DNA of 64,000 nucleotides from an uncultured Actinomycetota bacterium (GTDB lineage: Bacteria; Actinomycetota; Actinomycetes; Actinomycetales; CAVURS01): positions 11,759 to 75,758 of the forward strand of contig CAWIBR010000022.1 in the NCBI GenBank assembly GCA_963834425.1. The letters are read 5' to 3'. The first letter of the stretch is position 1. Each line of letters starts with the position of its first letter. Shown in pieces: positions 20,129 to 28,973 of the stretch. The notes beneath the pieces were generated by a model. It was not told the origin of the DNA. It saw nothing but the letters and a program-made list of their open reading frames with translations, and ran no database searches. The position numbers and the translations under genes are program-made.

Positions 20129-20635
20129 TCAGGGAGCGAGGAGCAGTGGGTGGGAGTGCCCGTGCTCGTCCGTCACGGTGAGCGGTTCGCCGGCCGGTGT
20201 GCGCGCCTGGATCCACGGGCCGCCGCCGCCCCCACCGCCGGGAGCGGCGCTCCAGCGAAGGGCCAGGTTTCCGCCGTCGCTCCAATGCGCCACCCGACTG
20301 GCCTGCACGTGGTTCGGGCCGTACTCCCAGGTGAACCAGTAGCCCACGTGGTAGGACCCGGTGGAACTGCCGTGGAACCAGAACGCGGGCGGGTCGCTGG
20401 CGTTGTTGACCGTGATCTTGATCTTGTCGTCGCCGACACCGGAGCAGTTGAAGAACTCAACCTCGAGTCGCCTCGCGTCGTTGGACAACCAGGCCGTCCA
20501 GGTGTCGATCCCCAGCCCACGGCAGATGCTCGCCGGTGCGTAGGCGTCCGGCGAGACCGCAGTAGCCCGCGCCGGCAGCGCGGCCGCGCTGGCTAACGCC
20601 AGGGCTCCGGCGCCCCCGGCGACGGCTCGGCGCAA
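20129..20635 (-). CDS. hypothetical secreted or exported domain protein with no family recognised. The start is unresolved (TTG 20635 or ATG 20755), or it may be fused by a frame break to the upstream small membrane ORF.
   Basis: There is a signal-like segment RRAVAGGAGALALASAAALPARA preceded by SRRSRSL (Tat-like). The mature part reads SPDAYAPASICRGLGIDTWTAWLSNDARRLEVEFFNCSGVGDDKIKITVNN...WFTWEYGPNH...GGGGGGG...TDEHGHSHP. Third-position GC is high. There is no Shine-Dalgarno sequence before either candidate start. Confidence 0.55.
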   Translation of the reverse strand: MRRAVAGGAGALALASAAALPARATAVSPDAYAPASICRGLGIDTWTAWLSNDARRLEVEFFNCSGVGDDKIKITVNNASDPPAFWFHGSSTGSYHVGYWFTWEYGPNHVQASRVAHWSDGGNLALRWSAAPGGGGGGGPWIQARTPAGEPLTVTDEHGHSHPLLLAP

Positions 20636-20850
20636 CGATCTGGAGCGTCTGGATGGCCCGCCGAGGCGACCGCCTCGACCGCTCGTGCGGTGACACCGAA
20701 GGCCTGGGTCAGCTCCTCGCGCTGTCGTCGACGGGTGATCCGCCGGTTCGTCCATCGCAGGACGCCGAAGGCGGCCATGGTCAGGACGGCCAGGATCATG
20801 ACCTGCGCCCAGCCGGCAATGACGGCACCGCCCACAACGACTGTTGGCAC
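20593..20850 (-). CDS. hypothetical small membrane protein (one N-terminal TM helix plus an Arg-rich segment). The 3' end is doubtful.
   Basis: GTG at 20850 lies 5 nt after GGAGG. The product starts MPTVVVGGAVIAGWAQVMILAVLTMAAFGVLRWTNRRITRRRQREEL. Third-position GC is good for about 60 codons and then collapses before the listed stop. That suggests the frame changes near ~20650-20665. Confidence 0.5.
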   Translation of the reverse strand: MPTVVVGGAVIAGWAQVMILAVLTMAAFGVLRWTNRRITRRRQREELTQAFGVTARAVEAVASAGHPDAPDRCAEPSPGAPEPWR

Positions 20851-20942
20851 TGCTGCCTCCGATTGGGCTAGGACTCATGCAACCGGTGCGATGAAATCTC
20901 ACGACTGCCCCCTTACGTCAGGACCACGCCACCGCGGCGTGC

Positions 20943-20956
20943 ATACTTATAAGTAT
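20943..20956. promoter_or_regulatory. Perfect 14-bp AT-rich palindrome ATACTTATAAGTAT upstream of the small membrane ORF, a candidate operator overlapping -10-like hexamers
   Basis: Read directly. It is striking in a GC-rich background. It lies ~93 nt upstream of GTG 20850 and 52 nt downstream of the CoA-lyase stop. Confidence 0.4.
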
Positions 20957-21007
20957 CATCAAGGGCGGCGAAAGGGCTAGACCCGGGCGGAAGGGATCAC
21001 ATCGGGC

Positions 21008-21970
21008 TCAGGCCGGAGGGCTCCACCGCACGCCGCGCTGCAGACCGGCGGCGCGGCCCTTGGCGGCCAGCACGATGGCCATCTTGCGGGACGCCTCGTC
21101 GATCATCTCGTCCCCGAGCATGACTGCACCCAGGCCGCCGCCGGCCGCGGAGGTGAAGTAGTCGTAGGCGTCCAGGATGTTCTCGGCGTGGTCGTAGTCC
21201 TCCTGCCGGGGGCTATAGACCTCGTTGGCCGCGTCCAGCTGACCGGGATGCAGGACCCACTTGCCGTCGAAACCGAGCGCGGCCGAGCGTTGCGCGACCC
21301 GCCGGAACCCTTCGACGTCGCGGATCTGCAGGTACGGCCCGTCGATGGCCTGCTTCCCAAAAGCCCTGGCCGCCATCAGGATTCGCATCAGGATGTAGTG
21401 GTAGGCGTCGCCCACGTCGTACCCCTGCGGTTGCTCGCCGACGACGAGGCTCTTCATGTTGATCGAGGCCATGAAGTCGGCCGGCCCGAAGATGATCGTC
21501 TCCACCCGGGGGCTGGCGGCAGCGATCGCGTCGACGTTGACCAGGCCGAGGGCGTTCTCGATCTGGGCCTCGATGCCGATCCGCCCGACCTGGTAGCCGT
21601 TGGCCCGTTCGAGCTGGGTCAACAGCAGGTCCAGCGCGACGACCTGGTCGGCGCTTTGCACCTTGGGCAGCATGATCGCGTCGAGGTCGGCACCCGCGCC
21701 GTCGACCACCTCGATCACGTCCGCGTAGGTCCACTGGGTGGTCCAGTCGTTGACCCGGACCGTGCGGACCTTGCCCTCGAAGCCGCCCTCGGTGAGCGCG
21801 GCCACGATGTTCTTGCGGGCGTCCGGCTTAGCGATCGGTGCGACCGCGTCCTCGAGGTCCAGGAAGACCTGGTCGGCCGGCAGCCCGCGCGCCTTGTCCA
21901 GCATCTTGGGGCTGGATCCGGGCACGGCCAGGTTGGAGCGTCGCGAGCGCAGCGGCCGGTCGGTGGTCAT
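21008..21970 (-). CDS. HpcH/HpaI aldolase / citrate lyase beta (CitE)-like CoA-ester lyase (malyl-CoA lyase-like)
   Basis: Motifs: RSNLAVPGSSPKMLDKA, VFLDLEDAVAP, IGIEAQIENALGL, FGPADFMASI, GKWVLHPGQL. Confidence 0.85.
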   Translation of the reverse strand: MTTDRPLRSRRSNLAVPGSSPKMLDKARGLPADQVFLDLEDAVAPIAKPDARKNIVAALTEGGFEGKVRTVRVNDWTTQWTYADVIEVVDGAGADLDAIMLPKVQSADQVVALDLLLTQLERANGYQVGRIGIEAQIENALGLVNVDAIAAASPRVETIIFGPADFMASINMKSLVVGEQPQGYDVGDAYHYILMRILMAARAFGKQAIDGPYLQIRDVEGFRRVAQRSAALGFDGKWVLHPGQLDAANEVYSPRQEDYDHAENILDAYDYFTSAAGGGLGAVMLGDEMIDEASRKMAIVLAAKGRAAGLQRGVRWSPPA

Positions 21971-22042
21971 GGGCCGGACGCTACCCAGTGAGCCCGGCCA
22001 GGGTCATCGGGTCAGGACCGTGACGTTGGTTACGGGGCTTGG

Positions 22043-22996
22043 TCAGCCGGCCGGCTCGGGTGCACTCGGCGAGGGGTTGGCCCGGCGGCTGAGCACGACC
22101 AGCGCAATGCCGACGAGGACCAGGGCCGCCCCGGGAATGATCAGCGCGGGGGGCTCCTGCCCGAGCCAGACCCAGGCCACGAGAGCGGCCCCGGGCGCCT
22201 CCAACAGGATCGCCAGCGAGACCGTCGTCGCTCCGGCCGAAGCGAGCGCGCGGTTGAGCAAGGTGTGCCCGAGCAGCTGCGCGCACAGGGTGAGCAACAG
22301 CAGCTGCCCCCAGGTCTTCGCGTCGTAGCCCGGCCCGGCGATCGACTGACCTGCGACCAGGCAGACCGCGAGCAGCACCACCGAGCAGACGGAGTACGCC
22401 GCCAAGGTGTAGGTCGCGGTGCTCATGCTTCGCCGAGCGCTCTCGCCCATCGTCACGTAGACCGCACCGGCCATGCCGCCCAAGAGCGCGATCAGGTCGC
22501 CCACGAGGGCCCGCCCCGACCGACCGGCGTCGACGCCGGTCACCAGCAGCACGCCGCACATGGCGACGCCCACGCCGACCAGCACGCCACGGGGCACCGG
22601 GCGCCCCCGAAGCCGATCCAGCACGACCGTCCAGATGGGGGTCGTCGTCACGAGCGCGGTCGACGCTGCGATCGTCGTCATGCGCAGGCTCGGGATCCAC
22701 AAAGCGAAGTGCACGGCGAGCGCGACTCCGGCCAGGGCGGCGGTGATCAGGCGCGCACGGCTGCCGTGGAACAGGCCGAGCCACTCCTGGCGGTCCCGGA
22801 CGAGGACGTAGGGCGCACTCAGGATTGCGCCGAATGCGTTGCGCCAGAAGGCGACTGCCAGCGCGGGCACCGTGATGGCCACCACCAGCGGAGCGGAGAA
22901 CGAGATGCCGGTGATGGCGACCGCGATCAGCGCGAAGGTCACGCCGGGACCGTCCACCGAGGGCGCCGAGGTGGCCTCGGGCCTCTCGTCAGTCAC
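22043..22996 (-). CDS. DMT superfamily (EamA-like) transporter
   Basis: The 317-aa product has ~10 hydrophobic segments and two EamA-like halves. The start is GTG. Confidence 0.75.
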   Translation of the reverse strand: MTDERPEATSAPSVDGPGVTFALIAVAITGISFSAPLVVAITVPALAVAFWRNAFGAILSAPYVLVRDRQEWLGLFHGSRARLITAALAGVALAVHFALWIPSLRMTTIAASTALVTTTPIWTVVLDRLRGRPVPRGVLVGVGVAMCGVLLVTGVDAGRSGRALVGDLIALLGGMAGAVYVTMGESARRSMSTATYTLAAYSVCSVVLLAVCLVAGQSIAGPGYDAKTWGQLLLLTLCAQLLGHTLLNRALASAGATTVSLAILLEAPGAALVAWVWLGQEPPALIIPGAALVLVGIALVVLSRRANPSPSAPEPAG

Positions 22997-23022
22997 GGGG
23001 GCACTGTGTCAGGCTCGGTGCC

Positions 23023-23604
23023 GTGAGCGAAACGGGTCCGGGCGCGGCGCCGCCGGCCACGGCCGCCGTCGACTACGCCGGGATGACGGCACTCGTCGGC
23101 GAGGCCGCTAGCAAGAGCAGCCTGCTGTGGGTGCGCCCGACCCCGGAGCGCGCGTGGCCGGCGTGGTACGTCTGGCGGGAGCCCTCGGCGTACGTCGTGA
23201 GCGGGCCGGGCGAGCAGCAACTGCCGGCGCTGGCCGGCGACGTGGACCTGATCCTGCGCAGCAAGGACACCTGGGCCCGGCTACTGACCCTGCGCGCGGT
23301 CGCGACTGTGGTCGCGCCCGACGATCCGGACTGGCCGGAGATCGCGACGGCGCTGAAGGCCGAACGACTCAACGCCCCCGACCCGGACGGGCTGCTCGAC
23401 CGGTGGGCGGCTGCCGCCACGATCACTCGGATCACCCCGACCGGCGGCGTGGTCGAGAGCCCCGGCTCGTACGACGACTCCTCAGGCGCCGCGGCTCCCC
23501 CGGCCAGCGAGGCCACCACGACGCGGTGGGCCCCCTGGCACGTCGGCGGCCGGCGCACGACTCGGCGCAACGCGCGCAAGATCGCCCGCCGCGGCCGCGA
23601 GTAG
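23023..23604 (+). CDS. conserved hypothetical protein
   Basis: 193 aa, GTG start, high third-position GC, basic C-terminal tail RRTTRRNARKIARRGRE. I recognise no family with confidence. Confidence 0.55.
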   Translation: MSETGPGAAPPATAAVDYAGMTALVGEAASKSSLLWVRPTPERAWPAWYVWREPSAYVVSGPGEQQLPALAGDVDLILRSKDTWARLLTLRAVATVVAPDDPDWPEIATALKAERLNAPDPDGLLDRWAAAATITRITPTGGVVESPGSYDDSSGAAAPPASEATTTRWAPWHVGGRRTTRRNARKIARRGRE

Positions 23605-23641
23605 CCCGGGATTTCCGACCCGGCTGACTAGCCTGGGCACC

Positions 23642-25018
23642 GTGAGCGGAGCCCCGAGCCGTGTCTTCGTCGCGCGGATGTCCGGCTTGGCCGTCTTCGA
23701 CCCACAAGGCGACCAGGTCGGCCGGGTGCGCGACGTCGTCGTCGTCTTCCGGCACGGGCGGGCCCGGCCCCAGGCGATCGGCCTCGTGGTCGAGGTGCCG
23801 GGGCGGCGCCGGGTCTTCCTGCCGATGACCCGGGTCACCAACATCGACCGCGGCCAGGTCATCAGCACGGGCCTGGTCAACATGCGGCGGTTCGAGCAGC
23901 GCGCGGCCGAGACCCTCGTGCTGGCCGAGCTGCTGGACCGCGAGGTCGAGCTCCGGGACGGCACCGGCCCGGCGATCGTCGAGGACGTGGCGATCGAGCC
24001 CGACCGCGGCCGGGAGTGGGTGCTGACCAAGCTGTTCTGCCGGCGCGGGACGAGCCGGGGCGGACTGGGCGCGAGGTTGCGGCGGCGCGGTGAGACGTTC
24101 GTTGTCGACTACGACGACGTGACCGGGCTCCTGACCGAGGGTGCGCAGTCGGCGGTCAGCCTGCTCGCGACCCTCGGCAGCCTCAAGGCCGCCGACCTCG
24201 CGGACGTGATCCACGACCTGTCCTCCAAGCGCCGGGTCGAGGTGGCCGCGGCCCTGGACGACGAGAAGCTCGCCGACGTGCTGGAGGAGCTGCCCGAGGA
24301 CGACCAGGTCGAGATCGTGACCCAGCTCGAGACCCAGCGCGCGGTCATCATCCTGGAGGCCATGCAGCCGGACGACGCCGCCGACCTGCTGAGCGAGCTC
24401 CCCGATGAGACGGCCGAGCACCTGCTGCAGCTGATGCAACCGGACGAGGCTGAGCCACTGCGCCGGCTGCTCAGCTACGACGAGAAGACCGCCGGCGGCC
24501 TGATGACGACCGAGCCGGTCATCCTGTCGCCCGAGTCGACCATCGCCGAGGCGCTCGCGGTGGTCCGCCGGGCCGAGCTCACTCCGGCGTTGGCCAGTGC
24601 GGTCTTCGTCTGCCGACCTCCACTGGAGACGCCGACCGGACGCTACATCGGGCTGGTACACATCCAACGGCTGCTCCGCGAGCCGCCCGCGGCTGCCGTC
24701 GGGGCGGTCATCGACAGCGACGTGGAGCCGCTCTCGCCCGACGCGCCGCTCGGTCGGGTCACGCGCTTGCTGGCGACGTACAACCTGGTCACGGTGCCGG
24801 TCGTCGACGACGAGGGGCACCTGCTGGGCGCGGTCAGTGTCGACGACGTGCTCGACCACATCCTCCCGGACGACTGGCGCGACATCGACGATCACGAGGA
24901 GCACGAGGGGCCCGAGGACGACAACGGCCACGGGCCGGACGAGGCCGATGACGCGGCCGACGTCGTCGACCCCTCGGGGACGGCGAGCGCGACCGGGGTA
25001 GGCCGTCATGGCGCGTGA
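23642..25018 (+). CDS. soluble MgtE-N-domain plus CBS-pair protein (magnesium-transporter-like cytosolic module with no membrane domain), with a PRC-barrel-like N-terminus
   Basis: An MgtE_N-like helical repeat is present (LADVIHDLSSKRRVEVAAALDDEKLADVLEELPEDDQVEIVTQLE...AADLLSELPDETAEHLLQLM). It is followed by a CBS pair (LMTTEPVILSPES...VTVPVVDDEGHLLGAVSVDDVLDHI). The C-terminus is acidic and has no hydrophobic segment. Confidence 0.8.
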   Translation: MSGAPSRVFVARMSGLAVFDPQGDQVGRVRDVVVVFRHGRARPQAIGLVVEVPGRRRVFLPMTRVTNIDRGQVISTGLVNMRRFEQRAAETLVLAELLDREVELRDGTGPAIVEDVAIEPDRGREWVLTKLFCRRGTSRGGLGARLRRRGETFVVDYDDVTGLLTEGAQSAVSLLATLGSLKAADLADVIHDLSSKRRVEVAAALDDEKLADVLEELPEDDQVEIVTQLETQRAVIILEAMQPDDAADLLSELPDETAEHLLQLMQPDEAEPLRRLLSYDEKTAGGLMTTEPVILSPESTIAEALAVVRRAELTPALASAVFVCRPPLETPTGRYIGLVHIQRLLREPPAAAVGAVIDSDVEPLSPDAPLGRVTRLLATYNLVTVPVVDDEGHLLGAVSVDDVLDHILPDDWRDIDDHEEHEGPEDDNGHGPDEADDAADVVDPSGTASATGVGRHGA

Positions 25019-25559
25019 GCGGCGGCGGGCCCGGACCAGCCCGCGCCTGGACCAGCCGCGGGAGAGCGCCCGGCCCATCCTGAGCCGCCCCCAGGTCGAC
25101 CCGGAGGTGTTCGGCCAGGTCGCGGAGCGGTTCGCCCGCTTCATGGGCACGGCCCGGTTCCTGGTCTACATGACCGTCTTCGTGCTGGTCTGGCTGGCCT
25201 GGAACACCTTCGCCCCGCGGCACCTGCAGTTCGACCCCCGGGCGCTCAACTACACGTTGCTGACGCTGATCCTGTCCCTGCAAGCGTCGTACGCCGCTCC
25301 GCTCATCCTGCTCGCGCAGAACCGTCAGGACGACCGGGACCGGGTCATCGGCGAGCAGGACCGCAGCCGGGATGAGCGCAACCTGGCCGACACCGAGTAC
25401 CTCACGCGCGAAGTGGCGGCTCTGCGAATCGCGTTGCGCGACATGGCAACTCGTGATTTCGTCCGATCCGAGCTCCGCGCCCTGCTCGAGGAGCTCGAGG
25501 AGCGGGGCACCCTGCGGCCAGAGGCACCGGCCGACGACGAGGATCAGCCGGCGCGCTAG
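25008..25559 (+). CDS. DUF1003 domain-containing membrane protein
   Basis: There are two TM segments (FLVYMTVFVLVWLAWNTF and YTLLTLILSLQASYAAPLILLAQNRQ) and a C-terminal coiled-coil-like region. The start overlaps the upstream stop by 11 nt. Confidence 0.8.
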   Translation: MARERRRARTSPRLDQPRESARPILSRPQVDPEVFGQVAERFARFMGTARFLVYMTVFVLVWLAWNTFAPRHLQFDPRALNYTLLTLILSLQASYAAPLILLAQNRQDDRDRVIGEQDRSRDERNLADTEYLTREVAALRIALRDMATRDFVRSELRALLEELEERGTLRPEAPADDEDQPAR

Positions 25560-25565
25560 CGCTCG

Positions 25566-26054
25566 CTACTGCTCGGCGCCCGCCGACTGTCCATCGACGG
25601 GCGGTTCGGCGATCAGCGCGCAGGCGTCGCCCAACGAGGCGAGCTGCTCCGGGGTGACCCGGTCCACGACGTACGACGCGACACCGCGCAAGTGGGTCGG
25701 CGTCGCCTGGCGCAGCCGCTTGTAACCCTCGTCGGTCATCACCGCGAACGTGCCCCGGGCGTCGTCGGCGGCCCGCTCGCGCCGGACCAGGCCCTCGGCC
25801 ACGAGCCGGTCGACCAACCGGGTCAGGCCGCTGCGCGAGATCAGGACCTGACCGGCCAGGTCGGTCATCCGCAACCGGCGGTCCGGTGCCTCGACGAGCT
25901 GCACGAGCACGTCGTACCAAGCGAGCGGGAGCTGGTGCTCGGCGACGAGGTCGTTCTCGAGTCGCCGGGTGACTTCGGCGTGGGCCCGCAGGAACGCGCG
26001 CCACGAGCGCAACTGGGCTCGCGACAGGCGCACGCTCCCCGAGGTGACGCTCAC
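25566..26054 (-). CDS. MarR family transcriptional regulator
   Basis: The product contains LPLAWYDVLVQLVEAPDRRLRMTDLAGQVLISRSGLTRLVDRLVAEGLVRRERAADDARG. Confidence 0.85.
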   Translation of the reverse strand: MSVTSGSVRLSRAQLRSWRAFLRAHAEVTRRLENDLVAEHQLPLAWYDVLVQLVEAPDRRLRMTDLAGQVLISRSGLTRLVDRLVAEGLVRRERAADDARGTFAVMTDEGYKRLRQATPTHLRGVASYVVDRVTPEQLASLGDACALIAEPPVDGQSAGAEQ

Positions 26055-26091
26055 GGGGCGAGCCTAGGACACGGATAACTACGATGGCCGC

Positions 26092-27225
26092 ATGTCCCCC
26101 GTTGAACTCGCGTCGATCCAGGGTGCCCTGCAAACCGTCAACGACCCCGAGATCCGGCAACCGATCACCGATCTGGGCATGGTCAAGGACGTGCACGTCG
26201 CCCCCGACGGAGGGGTCGAGGTCGAGGTCCTGCTCACCGTCGCGGGCTGTCCGATGAAGGAGACCCTCACCCGCGATGTCACCACCGCGGTGTCGGCCCT
26301 CGACGGCGTGACCTCCGTGACGGTCACCTTGGGCGTGATGAGTGAGGAGCAGCGGCGCGGCCTGCGCGAGCAGCTGCGCGGCGGTCAGGGCGAGCCGGTG
26401 ATCCCGTTCGCGCAGCCGGGGTCGCTCACCCGGGTCTACGCCATCGCCTCGGGCAAGGGCGGCGTGGGCAAGTCGACCGTGACGGTCAACCTCGCGGCGG
26501 CCATGGCGGCCGAGGGACTGCGGGTCGGCGTCGTCGACGCGGATGTCTATGGCTTCTCGGTGCCGCGGATGCTGGGGGTCGAGCAGGCACCGACCCAGGT
26601 CGACGACATGATCCTGCCGCCCATCGCCCATGAGGTGAAGGTCATCTCGATCGGGATGTTCGTGCCCGGCAACCAGCCGGTCGTCTGGCGCGGTCCGATG
26701 TTGCACCGGGCCCTGCAGCAGTTCCTCGCCGACGTCTTCTGGGGCGACCTCGACGTGCTGCTGCTCGACCTGCCGCCCGGCACCGGCGACATCGCGATCT
26801 CGGTCGCCCAGCTCGTGCCCGGGGCCGAGATCCTGGTCGTCACCACCCCTCAGCAGGCCGCGGCCGAGGTGGCCGAGCGGGCCGGCGCCATTGCGCTGCA
26901 GACCCATCAGCACATCGTCGGCGTGATCGAGAACATGGCCTGGCTCGAGCAGCCGGACGGCAGCCGGCTCGAGCTGTTCGGCTCCGGTGGCGGCCAGAAG
27001 GTCGCCGAGTCACTCACCCGAGCGGTGGGCGCCGACGTGCCGCTGCTGGGTCAGGTCCCGATCGACGTCCGGCTCCGCGAGGGAGGCGACGACGGCACGC
27101 CGGTCGTACTCTCCCAACCGGATTCGCCCGCTGCTGTCGTCCTTCGCGGGGTCGCTCGTCAGTTGTCCCGGCGCGCTCGGGGTCTGTCCGGTCGCTCGCT
27201 TGGGTTGACTCCCGTCAGTCGCTAG
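26092..27225 (+). CDS. mrp: Mrp/NBP35 (ApbC) family iron-sulfur cluster carrier ATPase
   Basis: There is an N-terminal DUF59-like domain (VNDPEIRQPITDLGMV...VAGCPM). Also present: the P-loop IASGKGGVGKSTVTVNLAAA and DLPPGTGD. Confidence 0.9.
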   Translation: MSPVELASIQGALQTVNDPEIRQPITDLGMVKDVHVAPDGGVEVEVLLTVAGCPMKETLTRDVTTAVSALDGVTSVTVTLGVMSEEQRRGLREQLRGGQGEPVIPFAQPGSLTRVYAIASGKGGVGKSTVTVNLAAAMAAEGLRVGVVDADVYGFSVPRMLGVEQAPTQVDDMILPPIAHEVKVISIGMFVPGNQPVVWRGPMLHRALQQFLADVFWGDLDVLLLDLPPGTGDIAISVAQLVPGAEILVVTTPQQAAAEVAERAGAIALQTHQHIVGVIENMAWLEQPDGSRLELFGSGGGQKVAESLTRAVGADVPLLGQVPIDVRLREGGDDGTPVVLSQPDSPAAVVLRGVARQLSRRARGLSGRSLGLTPVSR

Positions 27226-27250
27226 GTCGCGCTTGGGTTGTCGAAAGACA

Positions 27251-27284
27251 AGAGCGGCTTGGTACGCGGGCCGAGGCCCGCTCT
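27251..27284 (+). terminator. GC-rich nested hairpin downstream of mrp (agagcgg...gcgggcc-ga-ggcccgc-tct), a possible factor-independent terminator without a U-tract
   Basis: Read directly. It starts 26 nt after the mrp stop. Confidence 0.35.
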
Positions 27285-27396
27285 GGTCGGGTTGATCTTC
27301 CGGGCTCGCCTTGCGGCTCGTGGCTCGAACGGCACTCGTTGCGGCGGAAACCGTTGGCCCCAACCAGATTCGTCGAGAATTCCTCTCGTCTTCTGC

Positions 27397-27426
27397 TTGA
27401 CTAATCGAACCTGTGTTCGATACAAT
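27397..27426 (+). promoter_or_regulatory. Consensus-like promoter (TTGACT-18 nt-TACAAT) with a perfect LexA/SOS box TCGAACctgtGTTCGA (27405-27420) filling the spacer. The ATG lies 6 nt after the -10 element, so the transcript is leaderless.
   Basis: Read directly: -35 at 27397-27402, SOS box at 27405-27420, -10 at 27421-27426, ATG at 27433. The motif equals the TCGAAC-N4-GTTCGA palindrome established for mycobacterial LexA. Confidence 0.75.
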
Positions 27427-27432
27427 AGGTTC

Positions 27433-28973
27433 ATGCTCACAGCCACCGCCGTACGGGACCTGGCCACCGCCAGCGGTCCCGAACTGGCTCGGCTCATCGA
27501 CGACCTGACCCCGCACCTCCACCAGATGTCCGACGCCGACCGGCTCGAAGTCGTCAGGGGCACCGCCCGGCTCGACGCCTGGACCGCGACGCGACGCGCG
27601 CGGGCCATCCTGGCCGTTCACGACAGCGCCCGCGAGGACATCGCCGCCACCTCGGCCGAGCTCGCGTCGCACGAGAAGCAGGACAACCGCCGCCGGCCCG
27701 TCCCACGCCTACGACGACCAGCGGCTGCTGCACCGCAGGGTCGGGATGGAGGTCGCGCTGGTCCTGAGCATCTCCACCGTCGCGGCCGACCGCGAGGTCG
27801 ACTTCGCCCTCGGCCTGCGCGACCACCCCCAGGTCCGGCACGCCCTGGCCGGCGGACTCATCCATCCCGCCCAGGCCCGCGCCCTGGTCGACGGTGCCGA
27901 CCTGCTCGACGATCCGACCCATCAGGCCCAGCTCATCACCGCCGTCCTCGGGCCCGACGACTCGCCCGAAGAGCGACGACTACGACCCCGACGACTGCCC
28001 GCAGCTCGATCCGACCGCCGACACCTACCGAGCACCGATCCGGGAGCTGCGCCGCGCCGGCCGCACCGTCTGGTCGCTGGCTCCGGGCCGCCTGCGCGCC
28101 ATCGTGCGTCGTGAGGTCGCCGAGCTGGAACCAGAAGCGCTGCGCGAGAAGGCCCGCCAGGCAACCGACGAGCGTCGGGTGGTCTTCGACGCGCAGCCCG
28201 ACTTCTCGGCCGAGCTCCACGTGCGCACCGAGGCACCGGCCGCCGCCTCGGCGTACCGCAACCTCGACCGGACCGCCCGCGCGCTGAAAGCCAACGGCGA
28301 CACCCGCACGCTGGACCAGCTCCGGACCGACATCGCGATCGGCTGGCTCACCGAGGGGGCCTTCGGCACCCTGGTCACCCGCCCGTCCGGGCGCCGGCTC
28401 CCCCAGGGCGAGACGCCGGACCCCAGCGCCACGGAGATCTGCCTGCCCCAGTCCACCGAGCCGCTGATCCAGCAGACGATGGCCATGACCACCCTGCTCG
28501 GTCTCGATGACGCTCCGGCCACCCTGCACGGCCCGAGCGGCCCGATCCCGATGCCTGCTGAAGTCGCCCGCGAACTCGCCGGCCGATCAGGCGCCCGATG
28601 GCAACGCCTGCTCTACGACCCAGCCACCGGCATTGCGACCGACCTGTCGCGCACCTACCGACCGACCGAAGGCATGTCCGCGTTCGTCCGCGCCCGCGAC
28701 GGCCATCGCACCCGCCTGCCGGTCAGCAACGCCACCCACATCGAGCTCGATCACGTCGACGAGTACGACCACGGCGACCCACGCGCCGGTGGCCCGACCA
28801 CACCAACCAACCTGGCGAGCGTCGGCGCCCGCGAACACCACCTCAAGACCGACCGGGTCATCGACGTGACCGGCGACGCCAATGACTCCCTGACCATCAC
28901 CACGCCAGCCGGCCGCACCTACGACTCGGATCCGGCGCAGATCGCCGACCCCTGGGGCGAACCGCCCTACTGA
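27433..28973 (+). pseudogene. DUF222 / HNH endonuclease family gene (13E12-repeat-family-like), with the reading frame broken twice (~27690-27698 and ~27971)
   Basis: The first frame gives MLTATAVRDLATASGPELARLIDDL...ELASHEKQDNRR. The second frame (ORF 27746..28114) gives MEVALVLSISTVAADREVDFALGLRDHPQVRHALAGGLIHPAQARALVDG...VLGPDDSPE. The third frame (ORF 27894..28973) gives SDDYDPDDCP...GIATDLSRTYRPTEGMSAFVRARDGHRTRLPVSNATHIELDHVDEYDHGDPRAGGPTTPTNLASVGAREHHLKT, an HNH motif. Confidence 0.8.
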
